In this document: positions 31,133 to 40,583 of the stretch, in pieces
Position numbering within the stretch: position 1 is the stretch's first letter
Layout of the letters: the number at the start of each line of letters is the position of its first letter
NCBI GenBank assembly: GCA_963675745.2
Contig: CAXXWX010000024.1
Span: 1 to 64,000, forward strand
Origin: Phycisphaerae bacterium
GTDB taxonomy: Bacteria; Planctomycetota; Phycisphaerae; UBA1845; Fen-1342
DNA: 64,000 nucleotides
Direction of reading: 5' to 3'
Made by a program: the position numbers and the translations under genes
The notes under the pieces: model-generated
Seen by the model: the letters and a program-made list of their open reading frames with translations, nothing else
What the model was told of the DNA's origin: nothing
The model's database searches: none

Positions 31133-31396
31133 ATGCCAGATCGAATTCACGCGCCGACTGCGGGTGACGGAGCATACGCCCCGCCATCGTTGCCCGCGCA
31201 GGAGTATCTCAACGCCGATGACTTGGCCCGGCGCTATAAGGCATCGGCTAGATCGATCTTTCGCTGGGCGGATCGTGGCCTCATGCCGCCCGGCACCAAG
31301 ATCGGCACGCTAAGACGGTGGTCGCGCCACGACATCGAGGAGTGGGAGCGGGGCGGGTGCCGCCCGGTTCGAGGCGGAGGTGTTGGACCGCGATGA
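31133..31396 (+). CDS. AlpA/excisionase-like HTH protein
   Basis: YLNADDLARRYKASARSIFRWADRGLMPPGTKIGTLRRWSRHDIEEW; GGAG RBS; ATGA overlap with the primase. Confidence 0.88.
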   Translation: MPDRIHAPTAGDGAYAPPSLPAQEYLNADDLARRYKASARSIFRWADRGLMPPGTKIGTLRRWSRHDIEEWERGGCRPVRGGGVGPR

Positions 31397-34085
31397 CGGT
31401 ACACCTGAAAGCCTCCGCCCTGTGGTACGCCGCCCACGGCTGGTTCGTACTCCCGCTGCACTCCATGCGCGACAGCGTCTGTACGTGCGGCAAGTCCGGC
31501 TGTAGCAGTCCAGCTAAGCACCCGCATACCAAGAACGGCGTTAAGGATGCCTCGGCTGATCCGAGCGTAATCGGGCGCTGGTGGAAACAGTGGCCCGGCG
31601 CGAATGTCGGCGTCTGCACGGGTGCCAGATCGGGGATCGTGGTGCTGGACATTGATCCGCGCCATGGTGGGGACACATCGCTAACCGCTTTCACTCAGGA
31701 AAATGGCGAGCTGCCGGAAACGGTCGAGGCCCTAACCGGTGGTGGTGGGCGACACTTGGCCTTCCAGCATCCTGGCGGCGTCATACGCAACCCTGCCAAC
31801 GTACAACCGGGGCTCGATGTGCGCGGCGACGGCGCCTACGTCGTGGTTCCGCCTTCGATGCATGCGAGCGGGCAGCGTTATCGGTGGCGTGCGGGACATG
31901 GTCCGCACGAGATCAATCCGGCGGAGATCCCGCCAGCGTTGCTCGAACTCATGACGGGCGTGCGTACCAGACAGACCACGCCGGACAAACCGATTCCGGC
32001 GGCCACAGAAGCCATCGCCGAGTTGGTGCGGGCCGGGCAGCGGTACGTCGCAGGTTGCGCAACAGCATCTGAGGGCGGCCGGAACAACGCGGCGTTCAGC
32101 ATCGCCGGCCACCTCGTTTCATTCGCCACCGATGACGGCCTGCGTCTCAATCAATCGCAGGTTCTCAACCTGCTTCGCCCGTGGAACGACCGGAACGACC
32201 CACCGATATCAGAACGCGAATTGGCGCAAGTGGTCGCCTCGGCGATAAAGAACGGCGCGCCGCGGTCGCCTCATGTTGTCCGTACGCGTACGCCCGGGGA
32301 TCCTGACAGAACTACCAGGGGCGTCTTTGCCAGCACTTCCCTGCCAACCTCGCCCGCAGATTGGCCTGACCCACAGCCGCTTCCGGAGGAGTTGCCACCG
32401 GTCGCTCCATTCGAATTCAGTCTGTTGCCAGATTCGCTGAGGCCGTGGATTGAGGACATCGCCGAACGCATTCAGTGCCCACCGGACTACCCCGCCGTTG
32501 CCGCGATGATTGCGCTCGCAGGCGTCCTTGGTCGCAAAGTCGGGATTCGGCCAAAAGCCAGGACGACTGGCTCGTCGTCCCGAACCTCTGGGGGGCGGCG
32601 ATTGGGTCGCCGAGCGTCATGAAGACGCCCGCAACTCAAGAGCCGCTGCGCCCACTGAGGCGATTGGAGATCGAGGCCAAGCAGTCGTTTGATGTTGCGA
32701 TCAAGGAGCACGAGGCCGAAGCACTGGTTGCGAAGGTGCGGCGAAAAGAAGCTGAAGCGGCCATCAAGACAGCGCTGAAGAAGGGTGAAGATGCGAGTGC
32801 CGTTGCCAGCAGAGCACTGACCGACAAGCCGGCCCACCCGATTCGGCGACGATACCTCGTCAACGACTCAACGGTAGAAAAGCTGGGCGAGATCCTGAAT
32901 GAGAATCCCAACGGCGTGGTCTGCTACCGTGATGAGCTTGTGGGCCTGCTGAAGTCCCTGGAGAAGGAGGGCCAGGAAGGCGCCCGGGCCTTCTACCTCG
33001 AGGCGTGGAACGGCATCGGCCGCTACACCTACGACCGCATCGGCCGCGGGACGGTCGACATCGAGCACGCGATCGTGTCGGTCATTGGCTCGATCCAGCC
33101 CGGGCCGCTCGGCGCGTACCTACGGGGTGCCCTCGCCAACGGCGCGGATGCCGATGGGCTGATGCAACGCTTCCAACTCGCCGTCTGGCCCGAAGTGTCG
33201 CGCAACTGGCACAACGTCGATCGATGGCCCGATTCGGCGGCGCGCCAGAGGGCATTTGATGTCTATGGTCGCCTCAATGCGCTCAATCCGGCAGAGGTCG
33301 GCGCTGAGCCTGACCAGGCGGATGCAGACAGCATCGCGTACCTGCGGTTCAGTCCAGAGGCCCAGGTAGTCTTCGACGATTGGCGTTCCAAGTTGGAGAA
33401 CCGCCTCCGCCGCGGCGACGAGCATCCGGCGATTGTGTCGCACCTTGCAAAGTACCGTAGCCTGATCCCGTCCCTGGCGCTGCTTATCCACCTGGCCGAT
33501 GACGGAACTGGACCAGTCGAATCTGAGCCGATCCGGAAGGCCGTCCGCTGGGGCGAATATCTTGAGTCTCATGCCCGCCGAATCTACGCGCCGGCCCTCA
33601 CGCCGGACGTTGCGGCAGCTCGCGCGCTCGGCCAGAAACTCCTCACCGGGAAGCTCGCCGACGGATTCGCGCTGCGCGACGTGTATCGCCATGGGTGGGC
33701 AGGCCTGAGTCGGCGGGAGGAGGTTGCGGCGGCTGTCGACCTGCTCGTGGACTTCGACTGGCTGATGACGACGACCGAGCCGACCGCCGGTCGGCCGCGC
33801 ACGACGTACTGGATCAACCCCAAGATTCACCGCACCTCCCTGGAAGGCACTGACAAAACTGACAAAGACCCTGCGGACGACCTTATGTCAGTTCTGTCAG
33901 TGCCTCACCAAGGGGGCCACAGAGTTGACACCGCCCGCGCCTCAGCCGATGGGCCGAGCGTCAGTCTCGGTGATTGCGAAGTTGACAATGGCTGCGCCGA
34001 CGGCGAGCAGCCCCCGGATGACGCTCGCTTCGCCCACATTCCGGAAGCCGCCGGCGCGGACGGCAGCGAGTGGGGGGAAGTCTGA
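31393..34085 (+). CDS. Primase-polymerase + PriCT + DUF3987 (YfjI-like) replication protein, frameshifted near 32555
   Basis: AKHP, ANVG...VVLDIDPRHGG, LDVRGDGAYVVVPPS, GGRNN; then NLWGAAIGSPSVMKTP, YRDEL, DGLMQRF. One added A in an A-run restores RPKSQDDW. Confidence 0.88.
33845..33905. repeat. Nested inverted repeat, candidate replication origin
   Basis: AGGCACTGACAAAACTGACA...TGTCAGTTCTGTCAGTGCCT (two ACTGACA units facing two inverted units). Confidence 0.75.
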
Positions 34086-34087
34086 TA

Positions 34088-34477
34088 ATGGCAACGCCCG
34101 ACACCGCCGCCGCGCTGCTAGCTGAACTGACGCGTCAGGGGATCGAGCTGCAGGCTCGGGGCAACCGACTTCGCTATCGCCCACGCGCGGCCTTGACGCC
34201 GGAGCTGGTCGAGCAAGTCCGAGCGCGCAAATCAGAGTTGCTCTCGCTGCTGGCTCCGGAAGACGACCAGACGTCGAACAGGGCAGCACAAACGGGGCCA
34301 GCGTTCCGCTTCTGCGACGGGCTGATGGCATTCGGGGACGTCTGTGCGGGGTGGATGCCCGCCGCGTGGGCTGAGGAGCTCCGTCGCAAGGCGGACCGGT
34401 GCGATGCCTACCGGCCGGATGTCGCAGACTACTACCGCCGCTGGGCCGAGGATATCGAGCAGCGTCTCAAGGAGTAA
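34088..34477 (+). CDS. Small hypothetical protein with TubC_N-like N-terminus
   Basis: LLAELTRQGIELQARGNRLRYRPRAALTPELVEQVRARKSELLSLL; 2 bp after the primase stop. Confidence 0.75.
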   Translation: MATPDTAAALLAELTRQGIELQARGNRLRYRPRAALTPELVEQVRARKSELLSLLAPEDDQTSNRAAQTGPAFRFCDGLMAFGDVCAGWMPAAWAEELRRKADRCDAYRPDVADYYRRWAEDIEQRLKE

Positions 34478-34648
34478 GCGTGATAGCCCATCTACACAGA
34501 TCCCGGCGGCGGGGACACAGCAGGCAGTCGAGCGACCGCACCAACATCGCGAAGAAAGCGGAAAACGACCGCGAACTGGCCTTGAGCTTTCCGGCTGGTT
34601 GAGCCTCAGTGTGGTCGTCCCGGTGGAGAGCCGGGGCCAGGACGAAAC

Positions 34649-36154
34649 ATGGGTGCCATATACCGCAAAGCCTACACCATGCCGCTGCCGGCCGGAGCCG
34701 AGATCTTCGACCGCGATGGTGTGCGGATGGCGCGCTGGCGGTTGCGGAACGGCAAGGCCCGCTCGGCGGAGGTGGTGCCCAACGAGAACGGCAGGGTCCG
34801 CGTCCGCGGGCGATCAGCTTTCTACATGGCCAGATACCGTGACGGGGCCGGCCAGGCTGTAGAAACCTCAACGGGCTGCCGGGACGAGATGGCTGCTCGC
34901 GCCGTGCTCGCGAAGCTCGAGCGCCGCGCAGAGTTGGTCCGAGCGGGCGTCATGACCGACGCCGAGGATCAGGTCGCCGAGCATGCTCATGTCCCACTGG
35001 CCAAGCACTTCGATGCCTACCAGCGGCATCTGACAATCAAGGGCGGTGCGCCACGGCGGGTCAAGATGGTCCGGGCACGGTTGGACCGCTTGGCCAGGGA
35101 ATGCGGCTTTGCCCAGTTGAACAAGATGACCGGGAGCGCCCTGGAACAGTGGCTCGCCGAGCAGATGAACAAAGGCATGTCGGCCGCGACCCGTAACGGC
35201 TACCGTGAGGCGGCGGTCTGCTTCGGGAACTGGTGTCGCCGAACGGGGCGTCTGACGCTGAATCCGTTCGCTGATGTCCCGCGGGCGGATGCGAAGTGCG
35301 ACCGACGTCATCAGCGCCGGGCGCTGACAGCTGGCGAGATCGATCGCCTGCTGCTGATCGCCCGTCTGCGACCGTTGGCTGAGTACGGCCGTGAGGTCAC
35401 GTGTGTTGCCCGGGAAGGGCGCTCACCGAAGAGCCGGGCGACGTGGAAGCGCGCTCCGCTAACCATCGAGAATATCCAGGAGGCCGTCGCCCGCGCGCGG
35501 GAAGCTCTGGAGACCACCCCGGCTTTCATCGCTGATCTCGAACACGCCGGTCGCGAGCGTGTGCTCATCTACAAGACACTGCTATTGACTGGTCTCCGGA
35601 AGGGTGAGTTGGCGTCATTGACGGTAGCTCATCTCGAACTCGATGGTCCGGTTGCATATGCCGTTCTCGACCCGGCGAGTGAGAAGAACCGACAGGGCTC
35701 ATCCATACCATTACGGGGCGACCTCGCCACCGAGTTGCGCGAATGGCTACGCGAGCGTCTGGTGAGACTTCAGGACGAACATCGTGCAAAGGGTGAGCCT
35801 GTGCCGGCGCGCTTGCCGGCCAGCACGCCGCTCTTTCGTATCCCATCCGGGCTATCGCGCATCCTCGATCGAGATCTCGCCGCGGCCGGCATCCCAAAGC
35901 GCGATGAGCGCAATCGCGTCGTGGACGTTCACGCATTCCGCCACAGCTTTGGCACGCATCTGTGCGCGGCCGGCGTGCCTCTCCGCACGGCCCAGGCGGC
36001 TATGCGGCATTCCAAGCCCGAGTTGACAGCCAACATCTACACCGATCCGAAGTTGCTCGATATCGCCGGAGCGATCGAAGCCCTCCCCGCGTTGGCGACC
36101 CTGGAGAGACACGCCTCGGCAACAGGCTCGTCTCTCGCGCGGAACGGCGGCTAG
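34649..36154 (+). CDS. Tyrosine recombinase/integrase
   Basis: TGLRKGEL, EKNR, HAFRH, MRHSKPELTANIY. Confidence 0.95.
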   Translation: MGAIYRKAYTMPLPAGAEIFDRDGVRMARWRLRNGKARSAEVVPNENGRVRVRGRSAFYMARYRDGAGQAVETSTGCRDEMAARAVLAKLERRAELVRAGVMTDAEDQVAEHAHVPLAKHFDAYQRHLTIKGGAPRRVKMVRARLDRLARECGFAQLNKMTGSALEQWLAEQMNKGMSAATRNGYREAAVCFGNWCRRTGRLTLNPFADVPRADAKCDRRHQRRALTAGEIDRLLLIARLRPLAEYGREVTCVAREGRSPKSRATWKRAPLTIENIQEAVARAREALETTPAFIADLEHAGRERVLIYKTLLLTGLRKGELASLTVAHLELDGPVAYAVLDPASEKNRQGSSIPLRGDLATELREWLRERLVRLQDEHRAKGEPVPARLPASTPLFRIPSGLSRILDRDLAAAGIPKRDERNRVVDVHAFRHSFGTHLCAAGVPLRTAQAAMRHSKPELTANIYTDPKLLDIAGAIEALPALATLERHASATGSSLARNGG

Positions 36155-36195
36155 CATGGCACGCCTCGGCGTAGCGCCCGCCCCATCCTTCCCGG

Positions 36196-36218
36196 AACCT
36201 TGCACTAAACCTTGCACT
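36196..36218 (+). repeat. Tandem 11-bp repeat, candidate integrase arm-type sites
   Basis: AACCTTGCACT at 36196 and 36208, between the integrase and the tRNA. Confidence 0.6.
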
Positions 36219-36324
36219 GACCAGTGGCTTTCCCGGTCGTTCCGGGTCACTTCCTGGCAAGACGGGCGATGTTTGAGGGGGTTTGGAGACGCGCCGCGGG
36301 ATCGTCGTAACTCGCGTCCACGTC

Positions 36325-36363
36325 AAAAGAAAGCCGCCGCTGTCAGCTTGTGACAACGGCGGT
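36325..36363 (-). terminator. Intrinsic terminator after tRNA-Gly
   Basis: Minus strand CCGCCGTTGTCA-caagc-TGACAGCGGCGG-CTTTCTTTT. Confidence 0.7.
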
Positions 36364-36369
36364 CAAACG

Positions 36370-36441
36370 AGCGGGTGATGAGATTCGAACCCACGACATT
36401 CACGTTGGCAACGTGACGCTCTACCACTGAGCTACACCCGC
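36370..36441 (-). tRNA. tRNA-Gly(GCC)
   Basis: GCGGGTGTAGCTCAGTGGTAGAGCGTCACGTTGCCAACGTGAATGTCGTGGGTTCGAATCTCATCACCCGCT folds as a cloverleaf; CCA not encoded; TATAAT at 36489..36484 upstream. Confidence 0.97.
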
Positions 36442-36812
36442 CTCGCGTTTTTACGGCCCGTGGATTGCTCCACCGGACCAGCTATTATACTCAATCGTCA
36501 GCGGCTGCAAGGGGGTTTCAGCGGAGATTGTCCGGTTTTGGGACGCGGACGGCGGCTCGCGCCGTAAATGCTTTGTAAATAAGTAATTACGGTGCAGCGA
36601 AGGGGCGGCGCGCTTCGCCGGTCTGACGCTCTATGAGCAGCGGTTGCATTCCATAAGTCTTGCGTCGTGCGGATGCGTCCATCACGCCGGAGTACGCGAC
36701 AGTCGGCCGACTCAACGCCGAGTTCGGTACCTCCGAGACGTCTTCCTGATGCCTCGTTCCTAAACGCCGCCATCTTCGCAGCACGCGCCCGAGCCGATAG
36801 ACTCAACACACG

Positions 36813-37469
36813 ATGGCAGAAGTCGCTGAACACATGCCGGTGACATGCACGGCGACGCCCAGCTACATCTGGGTCAAGGGCTGTGTGGATCGCTACGTCG
36901 CGCTCGTCGCGTTGTGCTGCGCCTGGCCGCTGCTGCTGGCGATCGCGTGGCTGGTGCGGCGTGACAGTCCGGGGCCGGCGTTCTTCCGGCAGGATCGCGC
37001 CGGTCAAGGCGGCCGACCATTCACGTTGCTCAAGTTCCGCACCATGCGCACCGACGCCGATCCGTACGGCGATTCGCCTCAGAGTGGCGCCGACCCACGC
37101 ATCACCCGACCCGGCCGGTTCCTGCGCGAATCCAGCCTCGACGAGTTGCCGCAGCTCATAAACATGGTGTGCGGCGATATGGCGCTGGTCGGGCCACGGC
37201 CCTTGTATATGTCGCAGATGCTGGAGTGGAACGAGCGGCAGCGTGGCCGGCTGCTCGTCAAGCCGGGGCTTACCGGCCTGGCACAGATCCACGGCCGCGG
37301 CAGTCTGACCATCGAGGACAAGCTGGAGCTCGATGTGCAATACGTCGAGTCGTGCTCACTGCGCACCGATGCGCTGATTATCTGGAAGACGTTCAGCAGT
37401 CTGTTTCGGCGTGAGGGGATCTACGAGGTCAGATATTCAGAAACGCGCGCACGCCGCGGCAGCGAGTAG
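36813..37469 (+). CDS. Bacterial sugar transferase (priming phosphoglycosyl transferase family)
   Basis: KFRTM, DPRIT, SLDELPQL, LVGPRP, KPGLTGLAQI. Confidence 0.93.
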   Translation: MAEVAEHMPVTCTATPSYIWVKGCVDRYVALVALCCAWPLLLAIAWLVRRDSPGPAFFRQDRAGQGGRPFTLLKFRTMRTDADPYGDSPQSGADPRITRPGRFLRESSLDELPQLINMVCGDMALVGPRPLYMSQMLEWNERQRGRLLVKPGLTGLAQIHGRGSLTIEDKLELDVQYVESCSLRTDALIIWKTFSSLFRREGIYEVRYSETRARRGSE

Positions 37470-37563
37470 GGCACTCCTCGAGAGCTTGCAGCGCCTCACG
37501 CCGCAGTCGGATGGAGACTGTGCAGGTGCGGTACAAGTTCGACCGTCTCGCGTGTATCGCACC

Positions 37564-37701
37564 GTAGCGGCCTGCGCCTCGCAGGCCGTCGACGCGAAAA
37601 GGCGTCTCCGATAGCCGCGCGTCGTCGCTATGGAATAGTGCTTACGATCCCCGGCGGCCGGCGAGGCGCCGGCCGTTACGCGCGGAGGCGCCGGCCGCTA
37701 C
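37564..37701. repeat. REP cluster
   Basis: GTAGCGGCCTGCGCCTCGCAGGCCG (+, 37564); GTAACGGCCGGCGCCTCGCCGGCCG (-, 37655..37679); partial copy (-, 37685..37701). Confidence 0.75.
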
Positions 37702-37744
37702 GCGCTGAGGCGAAACGTGCGAAGTGCGTCCAACGGAAACGGCG

Positions 37745-38638
37745 TCAGCGTGACGCCGGTTTCGTGAGTTGCAGATACGACTGCGTCAGCTCGTCTTTGG
37801 GCATCTCGGCGGCCGTGCGCTCAAACGCCGCGTACGCCGCGTCGAAGTTGCCGCGCTGAAACTGCATGAACCCCAGGAGGAAGTACTCGTCGGCGGTGGC
37901 CTGGCGCTGTGCCAGACGCGTGGCCAGGGCGTCGATGTCGCTCGCGAAGTTCTCCGGCTCGGGGTAGTAACGATCCAGGTTCAACGGCATGGCGACCAGT
38001 TTCGGCTGAAGCTGAAGCGCCCGCCGTAGAACCTCGGCCGCCTCCTTGTCATGCCCGAGCGCGACACGCGTCTGGGCGAGGTGCAGGCGGCAGGCGGCGT
38101 CACCCTGATTCAGCTCGCCGGCGAGCGTGAGGGCGACCAGCGCGGCGCGGAAGCGACCGGCGCGCATGTGCTCGGTTCCTTCGGCGAGGGCGCGTGCGTG
38201 GGCGCTCAGCAGGCGCTGCTTGCGCTTGGCCATGTCCCGTTCGTTGAAACGGCGCATGCGATCGCGGCGATACTCGTAACGTTGTGCCCGGTGCAGTTCC
38301 TGCCAGACCCTTGGCAGCGAGCGGTCGTAGGGGACGATCAGCGCGTGATTCCGCGCACGTGCGAACGGCCAGGGCGCGTAGGTCACAAACTCGCCGGACT
38401 CGTCGAGATAGGTGCGGTCGCGTGCGGGCGTGATCTGCTCCCTGGGCGGGACCACGGTGACGCGCGGCGGCGACGGCTGGCTGGGCGGCTCATCGGCGGG
38501 CACGATCAGCACGGCCGGTTGCGCTTCGGTTGGGGCCGGATTTTCGGCGGGTTGGGTGTCGTCGGCGAACGCGGGCGTGGCACACGCGATCACGATCCCG
38601 CCGCCGATCACCAGTGTTCTGAGGAGTGCGCAGAGCAT
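37745..38638 (-). CDS. Secreted TPR-repeat protein
   Basis: AAGGAGG RBS, signal peptide, TPR-like helices (FLLGFMQFQRGNFDAAYAAFERT). Confidence 0.85.
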   Translation of the reverse strand: MLCALLRTLVIGGGIVIACATPAFADDTQPAENPAPTEAQPAVLIVPADEPPSQPSPPRVTVVPPREQITPARDRTYLDESGEFVTYAPWPFARARNHALIVPYDRSLPRVWQELHRAQRYEYRRDRMRRFNERDMAKRKQRLLSAHARALAEGTEHMRAGRFRAALVALTLAGELNQGDAACRLHLAQTRVALGHDKEAAEVLRRALQLQPKLVAMPLNLDRYYPEPENFASDIDALATRLAQRQATADEYFLLGFMQFQRGNFDAAYAAFERTAAEMPKDELTQSYLQLTKPASR

Positions 38639-38849
38639 GAGCGTAACCTCCTTTTCGCGAAGGCGGTACACAACAGTATACGGCCGGCCGGCGCGCCGGG
38701 CGCGGACAAAACGCGATGGTTTGCCGTGACCGCCGGTGGTGCGGGCGGGGGGGTGATAGCCGTTGCATTGAATGTTGGGCCGGGCGGAAGGCTTGCGCCA
38801 GGCCACGCCAACCCATTAGTCCTGCTAGACTACACACGCGAGGATACAC

Positions 38850-40171
38850 CAGGGCGATTGCATCTAATTGTGATGGTTGAGGTGGGGGTTTGGGGGAGGG
38901 CTCCGTTGTTCTATATTTGTTAGGGTTGCGCTCGTTGGGCGTGTACGGTAGGGTGGCGGTGTACAGGAACGGCGAGGCCTCGCCAGCAACGTCAACCCGT
39001 TGTTGGAAGGAGCTGCAACATGGAAGTTGGAGCCCGCGCTGGCCTGCTGCGCCACTTTCGCGAACTCGAGGACCCTCGTGTGGATCGAACCAAACGACAC
39101 GCGCTCAACGACATTCTCACCATTGCGATCTGCGCCGTGATCTGCGGCGCCGACGGTTGGACCCAGGTCGAGTTATTCGGCAAATCCAAGCTTAAGTGGT
39201 TCCGCACGTTCCTCGACCTGCCCCACGGCATCCCCTCACACGATACCTTCGGCCGGGTTTTCGCCCGGCTCGATCCACGCCAGTTCGAACAGTGCTTCCT
39301 GAACTGGATGAATGCTCTGGCCGACAAACCGCTGGGCCGACTGGTCGCCATCGACGGCAAGACGCTCCGCGGCAGCTTCGATCACGTCGCCGCGCAGTCG
39401 GCGATTCACATGGTCAGCGCCTGGTGCGAACACAACCAGACGGTGCTCGGGCAGTTGGTCACCGACGCCAAGAGCAACGAGATTACTGCGATTCCGCAAC
39501 TGCTTGAACTGCTGGATCTCGATGGCGCGGTCGTGACAACCGATGCGATGGGCTGCCAGAAGGCCATTGCGGAAAAGGCGATTGCCTGTGGGGCCGACTA
39601 TGTATTGCAGGTCAAAGGCAACCATCCAAAGTTGGAGCGGGAACTGCAACTGTTGTTCGATGAATGCCGGCGGCAGGATCGCGACGCGGTCGCGCACGAC
39701 TATGCGCAAGACGTGGACAAAGGCCACGGGCGAATCGAGACCCGCCGCTGCTGGATGACAACCGATGTCAGCTGGCTGCCGGGTGGTGCGGCGTGGGCCA
39801 ACCTGGGTAGCTTCGCCTGCGTGGAGTCGACGCGAAAAGTCAATGGCGAAAGTTCAACCGATCGACGTTATTACATCAGCAGCGTGGAGAAGTGCGACGC
39901 CGGCCGCATGCTGGAGCGGGTGCGTGGCCACTGGGGCGTCGAGAACCAACTGCACTGGCGACTCGATGTAGTCTTCGACGAGGACCGCCACCGCCTACGC
40001 ACCGGCCACGCGGCGGAGAACTTCTCCCGGCTGAGCCGAATCGCGTTGAACCTGCTGAAAGCCGAATCGAGCAAGAAGGCCGGTATCAAGTCAAAACGCC
40101 TCTGTTGCGGCTGGGACCACGATTACCTGCTCAACGTCCTCGCCCAGGGAAATTAAGATGCAATCGCCCTG
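38850..40171 (+). mobile_element. ISAs1-family insertion sequence, 1322 bp
   Basis: Perfect 16-bp terminal IR CAGGGCGATTGCATCT; 9-bp target duplication AGGATACAC at 38841..38849 and 40172..40180. Confidence 0.95.
39020..40156 (+). CDS. ISAs1-family DDE transposase
   Basis: GIPSHDTF, AIDGKTLRGS, KSNEITAIP, DAMGCQ, HWGVENQLHWRLDV. Confidence 0.96.
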   Translation: MEVGARAGLLRHFRELEDPRVDRTKRHALNDILTIAICAVICGADGWTQVELFGKSKLKWFRTFLDLPHGIPSHDTFGRVFARLDPRQFEQCFLNWMNALADKPLGRLVAIDGKTLRGSFDHVAAQSAIHMVSAWCEHNQTVLGQLVTDAKSNEITAIPQLLELLDLDGAVVTTDAMGCQKAIAEKAIACGADYVLQVKGNHPKLERELQLLFDECRRQDRDAVAHDYAQDVDKGHGRIETRRCWMTTDVSWLPGGAAWANLGSFACVESTRKVNGESSTDRRYYISSVEKCDAGRMLERVRGHWGVENQLHWRLDVVFDEDRHRLRTGHAAENFSRLSRIALNLLKAESSKKAGIKSKRLCCGWDHDYLLNVLAQGN

Positions 40172-40199
40172 AGGATACACGACGATCACTCGTTTGGCC

Positions 40200-40228
40200 T
40201 TGTGATGTGCGCCCGCACTTGATATCAT
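40200..40228 (+). promoter_or_regulatory. Sigma70-like promoter
   Basis: TTGTGA-17 bp-TATCAT; homologous to 15660..15688. Confidence 0.6.
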
Positions 40229-40314
40229 AGATGCACGCTTCTACCCCCATGGGTACCGGGGCGGGGCTGCGCCATGCCCTGTGGGGGCGCACGTTGCAAG
40301 TTGAGGGATGGAAT

Positions 40315-40500
40315 ATGGGGGCTTCACAAGTTCGCGCGCTGTCTACGTTCGTCGTCGCTGCGGTCACTACGTATGTGACGCGGGCGACTGAGCGACATGT
40401 GTCGGGCGAGTATGCGACGATTCAGGAAGCATCATTTGCCTGGACCGACAGCTACACGGTCGTCGTCGCCTACGGCACCCACACCGGCGTCTTCAACAGA
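40315..40500 (+). pseudogene. Decayed N-terminal remnant paralogous to 16875..18563
   Basis: ATERHVSGEYATIQEA...TVVVAYGTHTG vs ATERHVPGEYPTIQAA...IVVLADGTYSG. Confidence 0.7.
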
Positions 40501-40583
40501 GCGCTGAAGTGTTACGTCCCGGTTTCTGCAGGTGTGCCACGGTCAGCGGCGGTCCATGGAGTTTCCGCAAGAGGAGGGCAAAT

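Larger units (their letters stand above)
20751..36369. mobile_element. Integrative satellite-like element at the tRNA-Gly 3' end (minimum extent; left boundary not found)
   Basis: Integrase next to the tRNA 3' end; primase-polymerase/DUF3987, AlpA-like HTH and R-M cargo; no capsid or conjugation genes seen. Confidence 0.75.
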
